Origin: Takakia lepidozioides
Taxonomy: Eukaryota; Plantae; Bryophyta
Length of the DNA: 64,000 nucleotides
Direction: 5' to 3'
NCBI GenBank assembly: GCA_030704615.1
Contig: CM060733.1
Coordinates: 24,366,001 to 24,430,000, forward strand
Numbering within the stretch: the stretch's first letter is position 1; each line of letters begins with the position of its first letter. Under the pieces are notes generated by a model that did no database searches, was not told where the DNA came from, and was given only the letters and a program-made list of their open reading frames with translations. Positions 63,754-64,000 of the stretch are shown in pieces. The position numbers were made by a program, and so were the translations under genes.

Positions 63754-64000
63754 TCTGTCGCGAGGCTCGCAGCATGCGACGCTCTCCTTACCAACTGTGC
63801 CGTCAATGCAATTGCTTTTACTCTGTGATCACTACTCCACAACTCTCCCCTTTCTACCCTGCCCGAACAGAATCTTTACCGACAGAGAAGCATCTTTAGC
63901 GTTTCGCTTTTCCAAAGAATGCATACATGTGCACCTCATCGATGCAACTGGCTCCTTCATATATACATTATAACGTCCAGAGCTAGATTGAAGTTGAGAC

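Overview
Eukaryotic, intron-rich nuclear DNA from a land plant. A seed-free lineage such as a moss is inferred from gene content but not proven. Apparently intact genes: a SMYD/ASHR1-like SET-MYND methyltransferase, eEF2, MRT4, ALY/THOC4, a class-3 lipase and the body of a PLS-DYW PPR editing factor. Many neighbours carry lesions: an F-box gene, an epoxide hydrolase, a bacterial-type S66 LD-carboxypeptidase, a (6-4) photolyase, a GDSL esterase (catalytic Asp->Ala), a DYW relic and a DHU1 exon that is 1 nt short. Mobile DNA: a complete but decayed hAT element with TIRs and 8-bp TSD, two hAT-type MITEs with TSDs, a Tourist MITE, a foldback, a tRNA-derived SINE and two families of LINE 3' fragments. 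One tRNA-Phe has a remodelled duplicate. The most unusual signals are (i) OSB-type ssDNA-binding 'PDF' motifs at the N-terminus of a DYW-PPR, (ii) an array of about 16 25-bp palindromes spaced about 52 bp apart with variable A/T spacers, and (iii) an intron-containing peptidoglycan-recycling-type peptidase. All family assignments come from motif recognition by eye; no searches were run.
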